Below are positions 10,145 to 18,689 of a DNA stretch of 38,647 nt, one piece after another. The DNA comes from a virus (Duplodnaviria; Heunggongvirae; Uroviricota; Caudoviricetes). Below the pieces are notes generated by a model that worked only from the letters and a program-made list of their open reading frames with translations, searched no databases and had not been told where the DNA came from. The stretch lies in IMG/VR virus record IMGVR_UViG_2711768064_000004; one strand, 5' to 3'. Within the stretch, counting starts at the first letter, position 1, and every line of letters starts with the position of its first letter. A program made the translations under genes and the position numbers.

Positions 10145-10711
10145 TCAGGGCGATTCATTGTTCTCATTCGCCGGAAATTTTCTATAAATGGTAGAAACGC
10201 CCACATCAAAAATCAGTGCAATACGCTGTCTTGATTCTCCGGCCTCGAGTAAACGCCCAATCTGTGCCCACTGTTCGGTGGTCAACTTAGGACGGCGTCC
10301 ACCTACTCTGCCTTTGGCACGAGCTGCAGCCAGCCCTGCCCTGGTACGTTCAACTATCAGTTCGCGTTCCATTTCAGCCAGGGCACCCATGACATGAAAA
10401 AAGAAACGGCCCATTGGGGTGCTGGTATCAATACTGTCAGTCAGGCTTCGGAAATTCACGCCTCGCTGACGCAACTCTTCTATCAGCGTAACAAGATGCC
10501 GCATACTGCGCCCCAACCTGTCCAGCTTCCAGACAACCAGCGTGTCTCCTGCCGATAGTGTCCTGAGCAGTTTTTTCAACCCTGGTCTGTCGGACTTAGT
10601 GCCACTGATTTTATCCTCAAAAATCCGCTCACATCCCGCGCAGTTCAGTGCATTACGTTGCAAATCGGTGTTCTGGTCATTTGTTGACACGCGTACATAG
10701 CCAATAAGCAT
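10145..10711 (-). CDS. site-specific DNA invertase (serine recombinase, Gin/Pin/Cin/Hin family)
   Basis: Start taken at MLIGYVRVSTNDQ (catalytic Ser motif); very high similarity to Mu Gin / e14 Pin across the length as recalled; C-terminal HTH. Confidence 0.92.
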   Translation of the reverse strand: MLIGYVRVSTNDQNTDLQRNALNCAGCERIFEDKISGTKSDRPGLKKLLRTLSAGDTLVVWKLDRLGRSMRHLVTLIEELRQRGVNFRSLTDSIDTSTPMGRFFFHVMGALAEMERELIVERTRAGLAAARAKGRVGGRRPKLTTEQWAQIGRLLEAGESRQRIALIFDVGVSTIYRKFPANENNESP

Positions 10712-10738
10712 GAGCATCCCCCTGAATAAAAACCGGGG

Positions 10739-11365
10739 ATGATGCCAGTTAGCCATTATCTCTGCATTTTCATAAACGTTGGTTTGGGAGAAGGCTCTGC
10801 ATTACCTGTTGGTGTCCCTGTTCCGTGGCCTTCAGCCACTCCGCCAACAGGCTGGCTGAAATGCAATGGTGCGGCTTTTTCTGCTGAAGAATACCCGGAA
10901 CTGGCAAAGGCTTACCCGACAAATAAATTGCCAGATTTACGTGGTGAGTTTATTCGTGGCTGGGATGACGGGCGAGGGATTGATGAGGGGCGCATACTTC
11001 TCAGTTGTCAGAGTTTTGCTTTCCAGGACCATGCGCACGCTCTGCCAACCGGAGTGGGTAATCCGTCAGACCAGATGGAAAGCGATATCTATGCGGTTTT
11101 CAACGATGTACCAGAAATACCCAGTGCGGCCCTGAGTCCATCGTCGTCAGGAACATCATGGGACGCAACCAGTAGGGCAGACAAGGTAATCCTTTATCGC
11201 AAGGACCTTTCACCAACAGGTAATAACAACGCAATAGCGACCGGATTACCACCATTCAGGACTTACAGGGCATCGACCTCAGACGGTGTTACTCATCCGT
11301 CCGTGTACGCATCTGAAACCCGTCCGCGCAACATTGCATTTAACTACATCGTGAGGGCTGCATAA
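10739..11365 (+). CDS. alternative (currently silent) tail-fibre C-terminal variable segment with tail-collar-type receptor-binding domain
   Basis: ORF begins inside the crossover site; real coding part is about 10795-11365, fused to constant H after inversion (junction GLGE shared). Contains a GWLKCNGAAFSAEEYPELAKAY...LPDLRGEFIRGWDDGRG collar-domain signature. Confidence 0.75.
   Translation: MMPVSHYLCIFINVGLGEGSALPVGVPVPWPSATPPTGWLKCNGAAFSAEEYPELAKAYPTNKLPDLRGEFIRGWDDGRGIDEGRILLSCQSFAFQDHAHALPTGVGNPSDQMESDIYAVFNDVPEIPSAALSPSSSGTSWDATSRADKVILYRKDLSPTGNNNAIATGLPPFRTYRASTSDGVTHPSVYASETRPRNIAFNYIVRAA
10767..10794. repeat. invertase crossover site (gix/pix-like), left
   Basis: TTTTCATAAACGTTGGTTTGGGAGAAGG; its reverse complement shares a 15-bp perfect core (CTTCTCCCAAACCAA) plus flanking matches with 12452-12479; resembles gix consensus. 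Confidence 0.75.
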
Positions 11366-11970
11366 TGGCGAAAGCAAAATTAAACAGTGCGTTTATTGCC
11401 ACCGTGGCAGGAGAAATCACTGTGTACAACTACCGGGGCGACACCCGCGAATACATATCCTCATCGGTTGAGTATCTGCCTGTGGGGGTGGGTATTCCTG
11501 CCAATTCCTGTACCGATGCGCCCGGCACACATAAGGCTGGTTATGCAATCTGCCGTTCTGCAGATTTTAACTCATGGGAATATGTGTCAGACCATCGCGG
11601 TGAAATTGTCTATGGCATCGAAACGGGGGAATCAAAAGAAATTACTGTGCCGGGGGATTACCCTGAAAATACGACCACTTTTGCCCCATTAACGCCATAC
11701 GATAAATGGGATGGTGAGAAATGGGTAACAGATACCGAGGCACAGCATAGCGCCGCAGTAGATGCAGCAGAAGTACAGCGCCAGTCTCTGATTGATGCTG
11801 CTATGGCTTCCATCAGTCTGATTCAGCTGAAATTGCAGGCCGGACGTAAACTGACGCAGGCAGAAACAACCCGCCTTAACGCTGTGCTGGATTACATTGA
11901 CGCGGTGACGGCAATAGATACCAGCACCGCGCCTGATATTATTTGGCCTGTATTCCCTGAGACTGATTAA
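11365..11970 (+). CDS. tail fibre assembly protein (lambda Tfa / Mu U family), partner of the silent fibre variant
   Basis: 201-aa ORF with the conserved Tfa C-terminus (TSTAPDIIWPVFPE) and N-terminal similarity to lambda Tfa as recalled; start overlaps stop of the upstream variable segment. Confidence 0.85.
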   Translation: MAKAKLNSAFIATVAGEITVYNYRGDTREYISSSVEYLPVGVGIPANSCTDAPGTHKAGYAICRSADFNSWEYVSDHRGEIVYGIETGESKEITVPGDYPENTTTFAPLTPYDKWDGEKWVTDTEAQHSAAVDAAEVQRQSLIDAAMASISLIQLKLQAGRKLTQAETTRLNAVLDYIDAVTAIDTSTAPDIIWPVFPETD

Positions 11971-12199
11971 CCTCAATCAGTATTGGTTCGCCTTTCTCAT
12001 TAATTGTTAGCTCCATGCCCTGAGGAATTTCTGTCATAGTAAAAAACCAGTTGTCCTCCGGTAATTCAATAGCCCCGGTCACGTCATGAAGACCGGGGAT
12101 TACTTCAGTCAAAGTAACTGGATTAAACAGGCGCACAATAAACCCTCCATGAAAAAGCATTTGATGATGGTCTGCCGTCGTACATCTGGCAGCGGGCAT
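11939..12199 (-). CDS. hypothetical short protein at the tail-fibre-chaperone position of the expressed fibre variant
   Basis: 86-aa ORF downstream of H inside the invertible segment, convergent with the Tfa gene; overlaps H 3' end; start uncertain; no recognisable Tfa motif. Positional inference only. Confidence 0.3.
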   Translation of the reverse strand: MPAARCTTADHHQMLFHGGFIVRLFNPVTLTEVIPGLHDVTGAIELPEDNWFFTMTEIPQGMELTINEKGEPILIEVNQSQGIQAK

Positions 12200-13514
12200 A
12201 AAAGCCGGTATTTGTTACCTGATCATCCACGATCATTGAAACGTGAACATTATTAGGTGTGCTCTCGTAATCCGTTCTTATTCTTTCTGCGATACTGATA
12301 AAACGTGAAAGTTTAGGCAGTGCAATTGGGTAAACGACTTTAGCCAGTCCATTATCATTAGATCCACCGGTTCCAAATACTTCTATTGCACCATCTGACC
12401 AGCGTACCCATGCACCATTGGCATTAGCTCCTCGCTGAATGACATATCTGGCTTCTCCCAAACCAAGGTATGTGAGAAGACCAGCTACATCCTTTCCACT
12501 CAAATTAGTCAGCGTATTGTCCAGCGGTTGTTTACCTGCCAGTGCATTAAGCATTGTCGTGGCAAAGTTCGGGTCATTCCCCAGTGCCGCCGCCAGTTCG
12601 TTCAGTGTATCCAGTGCCGCAGGTGCAGAACCCACCATTCCTGCAATCGCTGATTTCACAAAAGCCGTAGTGGCAATCTGTGTATTATTGACCGACTGCG
12701 CCGCAGTGGGGGCTGTTGGCGTTCCAGTGAGTGCCGGACTCGACAGCGGCGCTTTCAGTGCCAGCGCATTGTTAATGGTGGTACTGAATTTCGGATCATT
12801 GTTAATGGCTACGGCTATTTCTTTCAGCGTGTCCAGCGTGGCTGGCGCACCATTAATAAGAGCCGTCAGTGCCGCCTGAACAAATGCGGTGGTCGCAAGC
12901 TGCGTGGTATTATTCCCCGCCGCTGGCGTTGGCGCTTTGGGGGTTCCGGTAAACGTTGGACTTTCTTTGGGTGCATACTGTGAATGCGGGTCCGGCGCGG
13001 CAAGATGTTTTGCCATCAGGTCATCCACGTACACCTTCAGCTCCAGTGCCTTGTCATCCACATACTTGCGGGTTGCCAGCACTACAGCAGGGTCGATTTT
13101 CAGGGTGATATTGTCCGTGCTGCTGGTAATCAGCACCATGCGCACGGTCTGGGTACGCCCGCTGCCTTCAGCCAGTTGCGGCTTGTAGCTTTCCGGGCAG
13201 TTGCCCACGGCAATCAATGCACCTGATTCATCAAACAGGCCCACTTCACGTATCCACCAACCGCCCTCGTTTTCAGGGATCACCTGTTCAGCAATAATCT
13301 GGCTGCTGTTCTGCGGGTCGATATAGAGCATATTCAACGCAGCCCGGCGTTTCTCATTTACCAGTGCAGTCTGCTTTGCGTCCGGCGTTGGCAATGTTCC
13401 GCCGCCATCGCCCACCGCCATATGGGTAATTTTTAGCGGCACACCGAGCGCGGTGGCGCTGGCAAGTTTCGCCGCGCCAATATCCGTCAGCAGGGTATAA
13501 AATTTTGTGCTCAT
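12123..13514 (-). CDS. H: tail fibre protein H (constant N-terminal part fused to currently expressed variable C-terminus)
   Basis: 463-aa ORF; N-terminal region resembles P2 gpH with collagen-like/Thr-Ala repeats; crossover site at codons 346-354. Confidence 0.9.
   Translation of the reverse strand: MSTKFYTLLTDIGAAKLASATALGVPLKITHMAVGDGGGTLPTPDAKQTALVNEKRRAALNMLYIDPQNSSQIIAEQVIPENEGGWWIREVGLFDESGALIAVGNCPESYKPQLAEGSGRTQTVRMVLITSSTDNITLKIDPAVVLATRKYVDDKALELKVYVDDLMAKHLAAPDPHSQYAPKESPTFTGTPKAPTPAAGNNTTQLATTAFVQAALTALINGAPATLDTLKEIAVAINNDPKFSTTINNALALKAPLSSPALTGTPTAPTAAQSVNNTQIATTAFVKSAIAGMVGSAPAALDTLNELAAALGNDPNFATTMLNALAGKQPLDNTLTNLSGKDVAGLLTYLGLGEARYVIQRGANANGAWVRWSDGAIEVFGTGGSNDNGLAKVVYPIALPKLSRFISIAERIRTDYESTPNNVHVSMIVDDQVTNTGFYARCQMYDGRPSSNAFSWRVYCAPV
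12452..12479. repeat. invertase crossover site (gix/pix-like), right, inside gene H
   Basis: CTTCTCCCAAACCAAGGTATGTGAGAAG in inverted orientation relative to 10767-10794; encodes LLTYLGLGE of H (residues 346-354). Confidence 0.75.
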
Positions 13515-14116
13515 GGATTCACTCTCATTGTGTCAATAACATGGACCGCCCCGCCTTCATGCGCGGTGCCGCCGGAAATAATTGTTTCGTTGATATACGG
13601 ATAGATCGTGATTTCTTCGCCAAGATAGCTGGCGGCTCCCACCCAATGCGGGCCGCTGGTCTGCAGATTGATGGACATGCCGATCATGTGACGGCTACAT
13701 GGTTTGGCATCGCTTATCAGTCGCTCAAGTTCCAGATAGGTATCTTCAGTGATGCCCTGGTCCTGCACGCCGATATCCAGGCGAAACGTGCCCGGTGTCT
13801 CTCCGGTCTGCCACCACTCAATAATGCGGATCAGAAAGCCGAACGGCTCCACCACCCGCCGCACGGCACTGGTGGTTCCTTTATGCTGATGAATATAAAA
13901 AGCATCCTTCACCACCTGGCGTTTGACGCTTTCTGTCCAGCCCTCATCCCAGCGATCCACAGAGAACGCCCAGGCGAGATAAGGCAGGAAACTGACCGGA
14001 CAGGTTGCCGGATTCCACAAGTCACGCAGCGGCACCTGCAGATCAGAAATCCCGCTACACGCTTGCGCCAGTCGGCGCTCCAGTGGCGTTGAACCCGGTG
14101 GCAGCAGACTATTCAT
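13511..14116 (-). CDS. I: baseplate assembly protein I
   Basis: 201-aa ORF resembling P2 gpI; coupled to J and H. Confidence 0.85.
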   Translation of the reverse strand: MNSLLPPGSTPLERRLAQACSGISDLQVPLRDLWNPATCPVSFLPYLAWAFSVDRWDEGWTESVKRQVVKDAFYIHQHKGTTSAVRRVVEPFGFLIRIIEWWQTGETPGTFRLDIGVQDQGITEDTYLELERLISDAKPCSRHMIGMSINLQTSGPHWVGAASYLGEEITIYPYINETIISGGTAHEGGAVHVIDTMRVNP

Positions 14117-15017
14117 CCGTTCCTCCGTTGGTTACGCTCCACTGCGTACATGATGCCGCCTGCGTTTTGTTCAGGATCACATCCGCCAACGGCGAAGCCA
14201 GCTCCACACGCTGCACACCCTCAACATGCAGGGCGGCAAAAATGGCGCTACGGCGAATATCCCGACCAAGCCGCGTCTGACTGGCGATGTACTTCTGCAG
14301 GCTGGCTTTTGCCGCTGCCATTACCGGCTCGGCTTCCGGTCCCGGATAGAGAAAAATGGTGGCTTCCACGCGGTACGGGATGATTTCTGCGCTGCGAACC
14401 GTCAGACGGTCAGCCACCGGGCGGACGTTCTCACTGTTCAGGGCTTTCTCCACCACATCCAGCAAGTCTTTTTCTGCTGTTCCATCGCCTTCGCGACTAA
14501 GGACAGTCAGCACCACCTCTGCAGGTGCCGGACTGGTTGCACTGGCATCCGCCACCCGACCGTCGGCGCTTCGGGCATGAAATTCATAAGCTGCAGTTGG
14601 CCCCGCAACTGAAAGCCCCTCAAAGGCTGCAGGCACACGCAGGCGTAACGCTTCATCGCTTTCCATCACAGCTGCAACGGGCGGCACAGCGTCATCATCA
14701 GCAGGCGTCACCGTCAGGCGTTTCACGTTGTAATTGGCAGCGAGCTGGTCCAGATCGCTCCCTATGGCATAAGCCGCCATCACCGCCTGCGCGGCTTCGT
14801 TAATGCGCTGGCGCAGAAGCAACTCACGATAAGCGTTCTCCTGCAACAATTTGGTGACGGGTTCAGATTCCAGTTCCAGCGTGCGGATCACTGCTTCCTG
14901 CTCATCTTTCGGATGAAGCGCCACAAATTCTGCCTTGCGTTCGGCAAGCAGCATCTCAAAGTCCGGCACATCCACAATCTGCGGTGCAGGCAACTGCGAA
15001 AGGTCAATCACTGCCAT
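14109..15017 (-). CDS. J: baseplate assembly protein J
   Basis: Start taken at MAVIDLSQLPAP (matches P2 gpJ N-terminus) rather than upstream ATG of ORF track. Confidence 0.88.
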   Translation of the reverse strand: MAVIDLSQLPAPQIVDVPDFEMLLAERKAEFVALHPKDEQEAVIRTLELESEPVTKLLQENAYRELLLRQRINEAAQAVMAAYAIGSDLDQLAANYNVKRLTVTPADDDAVPPVAAVMESDEALRLRVPAAFEGLSVAGPTAAYEFHARSADGRVADASATSPAPAEVVLTVLSREGDGTAEKDLLDVVEKALNSENVRPVADRLTVRSAEIIPYRVEATIFLYPGPEAEPVMAAAKASLQKYIASQTRLGRDIRRSAIFAALHVEGVQRVELASPLADVILNKTQAASCTQWSVTNGGTDE

Positions 15018-15363
15018 TCTCTGCTCCTGTTGATACGGAAAGGGACACAGGCACACCGTTATTCCGCCGCCCGGTCAGCTCCACCACCATAGAACCGTCA
15101 AAGTTGCTGTTGATGGTGATGGAATCCAGCGTCAGCCGTGGCTCCCAGCGACTCAGCGCCACATACACTGCCGACATGACCTGCAGACGTAATGCCGGAT
15201 TTTGTGGCTGGTCTACCAGTGCCGACAGCAGGGAACCATATTCACGACGGGCAATACGGCTACCCTGCGGTGTCAGCAGAATGTCCCGCACCGACTGGCG
15301 CAGATGGTCAATATCAGTAATGGCTTTACCGCTGGTATTGTTCATCCCGCTATAAAGCGTCAT
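15004..15363 (-). CDS. W: baseplate protein W (gp25-like)
   Basis: 119-aa ORF resembling P2 gpW. Confidence 0.85.
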   Translation of the reverse strand: MTLYSGMNNTSGKAITDIDHLRQSVRDILLTPQGSRIARREYGSLLSALVDQPQNPALRLQVMSAVYVALSRWEPRLTLDSITINSNFDGSMVVELTGRRNNGVPVSLSVSTGAENGSD

Positions 15364-15938
15364 ACCGGGCCTCCGGTTGTGTCGCCGCCTTTCAGGACGC
15401 CAGTATGCTGATGTGCATCAACCACAATTCCGTTAGAACTCATTGCACCGCCGCCCTGGGTAACGCCACCATTGATCACCACTTCACTGTTAATGCGCGT
15501 GCGGTCAGCCTCCAGTACAAACTCACTGGTTTTCATGGTGATTTTGTCAGCGGCCTCAATGACCATTGATTTGATGCCCCTGACATACCAGCGCCCGGTG
15601 GCGGGTTCGTATTCAAACCAGCCACCGTCAGGATGTTCTGTCACGCAGGCGTCCGCCGACGTCGACGGTGGTGCGAACTGATTCGAATAGACAGCGGGCA
15701 GCGCAAAGGCGGTCTCCAGATTGCCGCCCAGACTCAGCAGCACCACCTGCTCACCTTCCGATGGTTTCCACCATGTGCGGGCATTACCCGCGCGCAGCGT
15801 CAGCCAGTTAATCCAGTTGGTTTCAAGGTCGCCCGTTTTCACCCGACAAAGCCAGTTTTCCCGGTCCACTTCGGTGACTACACCAGTGCGGATCAGGTTG
15901 GTGATAAGGCGCATGATTTCTGTAAGTTGTGCGTTCAT
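15360..15938 (-). CDS. V: baseplate spike/hub protein V
   Basis: Start at MNAQLTEIMRLI by alignment to P2 gpV N-terminus; Gly-rich C-terminus. Confidence 0.85.
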   Translation of the reverse strand: MNAQLTEIMRLITNLIRTGVVTEVDRENWLCRVKTGDLETNWINWLTLRAGNARTWWKPSEGEQVVLLSLGGNLETAFALPAVYSNQFAPPSTSADACVTEHPDGGWFEYEPATGRWYVRGIKSMVIEAADKITMKTSEFVLEADRTRINSEVVINGGVTQGGGAMSSNGIVVDAHQHTGVLKGGDTTGGPV

Positions 15939-15985
15939 GGCACACAACTTACAAAAATATTATTAGGAAAATAACTTAAGACAGT

Positions 15986-16003
15986 TGTGCCATTGCCGGC
16001 ACA
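15986..16003. promoter_or_regulatory. perfect dyad TGTGCC-N6-GGCACA (TGT-N12-ACA): candidate Ogr/B site of the V operon promoter, or terminator stem for the upstream cargo gene
   Basis: Read directly; centred only about 57 nt upstream of the V start, so assignment as late promoter element is tentative. Confidence 0.4.
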
Positions 16004-16016
16004 ACTAAAACAAGAT

Positions 16017-17225
16017 TTATTGAGTTAAATCAGTTACTATGGGGCCTATTTCAGTAAAATTATCAATCCATATAACATTAACACCAAAAGAGTTAGCATC
16101 AATTTCTTCAAATTTATGTACAGTATCTAATAAAGAACGGGCAACATTGTCTATATCGTCGACTAGCCCGTCATTCAAATCTTGACGTGAACCTTTTAGA
16201 ATTTTATTTATAACATCATCTTTTGAGTGTCGACATTTTATTAAGTAATGAGGTTTAGAATCATTACCCCTTAACTTTTTAGCAGCATCAAGCAGACGTC
16301 TTAAATTTGGATCAGTAAAGGAATGCCCTATAAACAAACAATTATTGTCTTTGAATTTATTCAACTGAACCATATTACTCCAGTGATATAAATCCATATA
16401 TTGCCGATGATAACTTTCATCCGATAAAACTAGGCTGTCATCACTATCAATCTTACCATTTAAGGGAAGATATCCATGAACATGATATATTGGCAACTCA
16501 TCTTTTTTTGCATGCTGCCCAGTTTTATATATAACCTTAAATTTAATACCAACATCTGCGTTTTGTAATGTTTGCTCTAGTATGTCGTCATAATTATATG
16601 TTATGACAGAATCTAACCCCGGAGCCTTCCCCGCAGAAATACATAATTTCTTTATCGCCTTAAGCGTTTGACTCTCGGTGCTATCATAAAATTGATATAG
16701 CACTTTCTGAATTTCTTTCTCAAGAGGAGTGTTAGCACTTTCAAAATGTAACTTTAAATATCTAGCCGCAATCAAAGCATTTGGCCCGAACACTTGATTA
16801 AATAATGTCGCAACAACTTGCTGATTTTCATTAGTATCTTGTAACGCTCTAGCAAGCAACCTCCTTAATAATTCATCCCATGTAGGTATTTTATAATCCA
16901 AAGAAATTCCAGCGCCTAATACAAGCACAAGATTTTCCTCTTTGAAATTACCCTTCAGGTTCTTTAATATAGTAGTTCTATTAGCTTGAACTGGTGCTTT
17001 CAACTTAGCATCAAGAGATTTAATTATATCTAAATATAAATTCTTACCGAGTACCTCATTAATATATTTAGAAATACTTCCAAAACTGTTATCTCCCCAT
17101 ACCACCGTACCAGAGGTGCTCTTAGAAAGGATTTCATCCGAGCCACTTCCATTCATATTTGCAGATGAATTATTTTCTGTTTCTGATTTTACTTGTTTAT
17201 TGATATCGTTATTTTTTTTCATCAA
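16017..17225 (-). CDS. SIR2-like (SIR2_2 / DHS-like NAD-binding) domain protein, standalone; candidate anti-phage NADase
   Basis: 402-aa ORF in an AT-rich insert between S and V; motifs LVLVLGAGIS...PTWDELL, VITYNYDD, PIYHVHGYLP, CLFIGHSFTDPNL match the SIR2-like family pattern as recalled; low-complexity N-terminus; GGAGAG SD 8 nt upstream of ATG. Confidence 0.75.
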   Translation of the reverse strand: MMKKNNDINKQVKSETENNSSANMNGSGSDEILSKSTSGTVVWGDNSFGSISKYINEVLGKNLYLDIIKSLDAKLKAPVQANRTTILKNLKGNFKEENLVLVLGAGISLDYKIPTWDELLRRLLARALQDTNENQQVVATLFNQVFGPNALIAARYLKLHFESANTPLEKEIQKVLYQFYDSTESQTLKAIKKLCISAGKAPGLDSVITYNYDDILEQTLQNADVGIKFKVIYKTGQHAKKDELPIYHVHGYLPLNGKIDSDDSLVLSDESYHRQYMDLYHWSNMVQLNKFKDNNCLFIGHSFTDPNLRRLLDAAKKLRGNDSKPHYLIKCRHSKDDVINKILKGSRQDLNDGLVDDIDNVARSLLDTVHKFEEIDANSFGVNVIWIDNFTEIGPIVTDLTQ

Positions 17226-17294
17226 TCAAACTCTCCATACTATTTATAACAGAGCCAATATGATGTTATAAAAACCCACAAAAAACAAGACATA

Positions 17295-17741
17295 TCAACT
17301 AGTTAGATAACGAAGTAAAATTATACTAATAGCATCGTTACTCTCAGTGCAGAAGCCTAATAGACGTCGCTCTGTATAACGTATTTCTGGCCCCTTATAT
17401 CTAACTCGATCACGCAGGCCATAATGGTGAACGCGGGCAATGCGCTGCACCTTATCTTCAAACTGCACACTGACAGAGTCGGCGTTGGCGGCAGTTTTCA
17501 GGTATTTTGTGGTGCGCAGCTTTGCAAACATCTGACGTTTGATGCACCCCTTTTTACTGCGTGCTGTTACCCGTCGAGGTTCATAGCTGCTGCCATCAGG
17601 GTTGCGCTGCATCCTGATATTCTGCTGCTGTGTCCGGCGCAGTTCCTGCGCCAGCTGGCGCATCATGCGGCTTCTTGCGGCTGGTTCCAGATTCGCCAGC
17701 AAAGCACTCAGCCAGTCGTCCACCTTCTGCAGTTCAGCCAC
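17295..17741 (-). CDS. S: tail completion protein S
   Basis: 148-aa ORF resembling P2 gpS; last ~20 codons are AT-rich and may derive from the cargo insertion. Confidence 0.85.
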   Translation of the reverse strand: MAELQKVDDWLSALLANLEPAARSRMMRQLAQELRRTQQQNIRMQRNPDGSSYEPRRVTARSKKGCIKRQMFAKLRTTKYLKTAANADSVSVQFEDKVQRIARVHHYGLRDRVRYKGPEIRYTERRLLGFCTESNDAISIILLRYLTS

Positions 17742-18165
17742 GTTTCACCGTCCACATTTCTTCAGGTTCATCGGGTTCCGCTACAGCTTCAACACTCGAC
17801 ACACTGCCGTCAGTGCTGACCAGCACACGCTCCGTCAGTTGCAGGTTAAGGCTGATATCACAGACATCGTTGCGTAAAATATCCACCTCAAAGGTAAATA
17901 CCTTTTCCCGTAACGCCGGGTTATTGATGGCATCGGGCTGGTTATCCCGCAGCCACAGCAAAACCGGGGCCATCAGCAGATTCTGGTCGCCGCTGAAATC
18001 CTCAATCACCACGTTCAGGGTGTAACGGTACTCCCATGACATGGAGCTGGCCCCCGTGGCAACCAGCGAACCGTTATCCACAAACAGATGCAGTTTGTCC
18101 GGGTTATTGCGGACATAAGGCACTGCTTTATTGAGGGCGTGGCGCAGGGATTGTGGTTTGTTCAC
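17734..18165 (-). CDS. R: tail completion protein R
   Basis: Start taken at GTG (VNKPQSLRHAL aligns with P2 gpR N-terminus) with AGGAG SD 7 nt upstream. Confidence 0.8.
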   Translation of the reverse strand: MNKPQSLRHALNKAVPYVRNNPDKLHLFVDNGSLVATGASSMSWEYRYTLNVVIEDFSGDQNLLMAPVLLWLRDNQPDAINNPALREKVFTFEVDILRNDVCDISLNLQLTERVLVSTDGSVSSVEAVAEPDEPEEMWTVKRG

Positions 18166-18418
18166 TGTTTCGCTCCTGACACGCAATAATCATGTCCACT
18201 TTGTCTGCACAGACCGCCCAGGCGGCCTCCGTTTCATCCAGCAATGCGTTCAGATCACCGTTATTGTGTGGCGCTGCCTGATCCAGCTGACACGGCGTCA
18301 CTCGCGGACAACCACTGACGGTAAGCTGCACCTCCGGTGAGTGCCGGACGTTCCCGCAGCCGGATAATGTCAGCAGGCAAAGGAGTATTAGCCCAGCGGC
18401 GTAAATCCTCGTTCTCAC
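18128..18418 (-). CDS. lysC: o-spanin (LysC/Rz1-like outer-membrane lipoprotein)
   Basis: Signal peptide plus lipobox LTLSGC; ORF embedded out of frame in the 3' part of lysB, as in P2. Confidence 0.7.
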   Translation of the reverse strand: MRTRIYAAGLILLCLLTLSGCGNVRHSPEVQLTVSGCPRVTPCQLDQAAPHNNGDLNALLDETEAAWAVCADKVDMIIACQERNSEQTTIPAPRPQ

Positions 18419-18689
18419 GTTTCAGTTCCTCAATCCGATGTTGTCGTTGTCTCAGCAGCGCGCTGGTCTGTTCTGCTTCGGCATAGAGCCGCGCCTGCTC
18501 CCGGTTATTGGTTTCAGTCAGAATGGACAGGCTGATAAGCTGGCTGTTGCTCTTTGCCAGTGCCTGACTTTTGCTCCGCAGCTCGTCTGCCTGCGTGCTG
18601 ATGGTCTGGCTGGCATCAGCCAGCCGCCACGTCTGCCAGCCCAGCGACGCCAGTAATAACGCCAGCACAACCAGCAGCAACCGGTTCAT
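18261..18689 (-). CDS. lysB: i-spanin (LysB/Rz-like)
   Basis: N-terminal TM anchor followed by coiled-coil-rich periplasmic domain; position after lysA. Confidence 0.75.
   Translation of the reverse strand: MNRLLLVVLALLLASLGWQTWRLADASQTISTQADELRSKSQALAKSNSQLISLSILTETNNREQARLYAEAEQTSALLRQRQHRIEELKRENEDLRRWANTPLPADIIRLRERPALTGGAAYRQWLSASDAVSAGSGSATQ

Noticed and set aside
10739-10794. N-terminal 18 codons of the silent tail-fibre ORF
   Set aside because: These codons lie upstream of and within the crossover site and would not be part of the fibre after inversion; the ORF start is an artefact of ORF calling.
13505-14612. Plus-strand ORFs (195, 91, 77, 128 aa)
   Set aside because: Antisense to baseplate genes I and J; Arg/Ala/Pro-rich translations; judged spurious.
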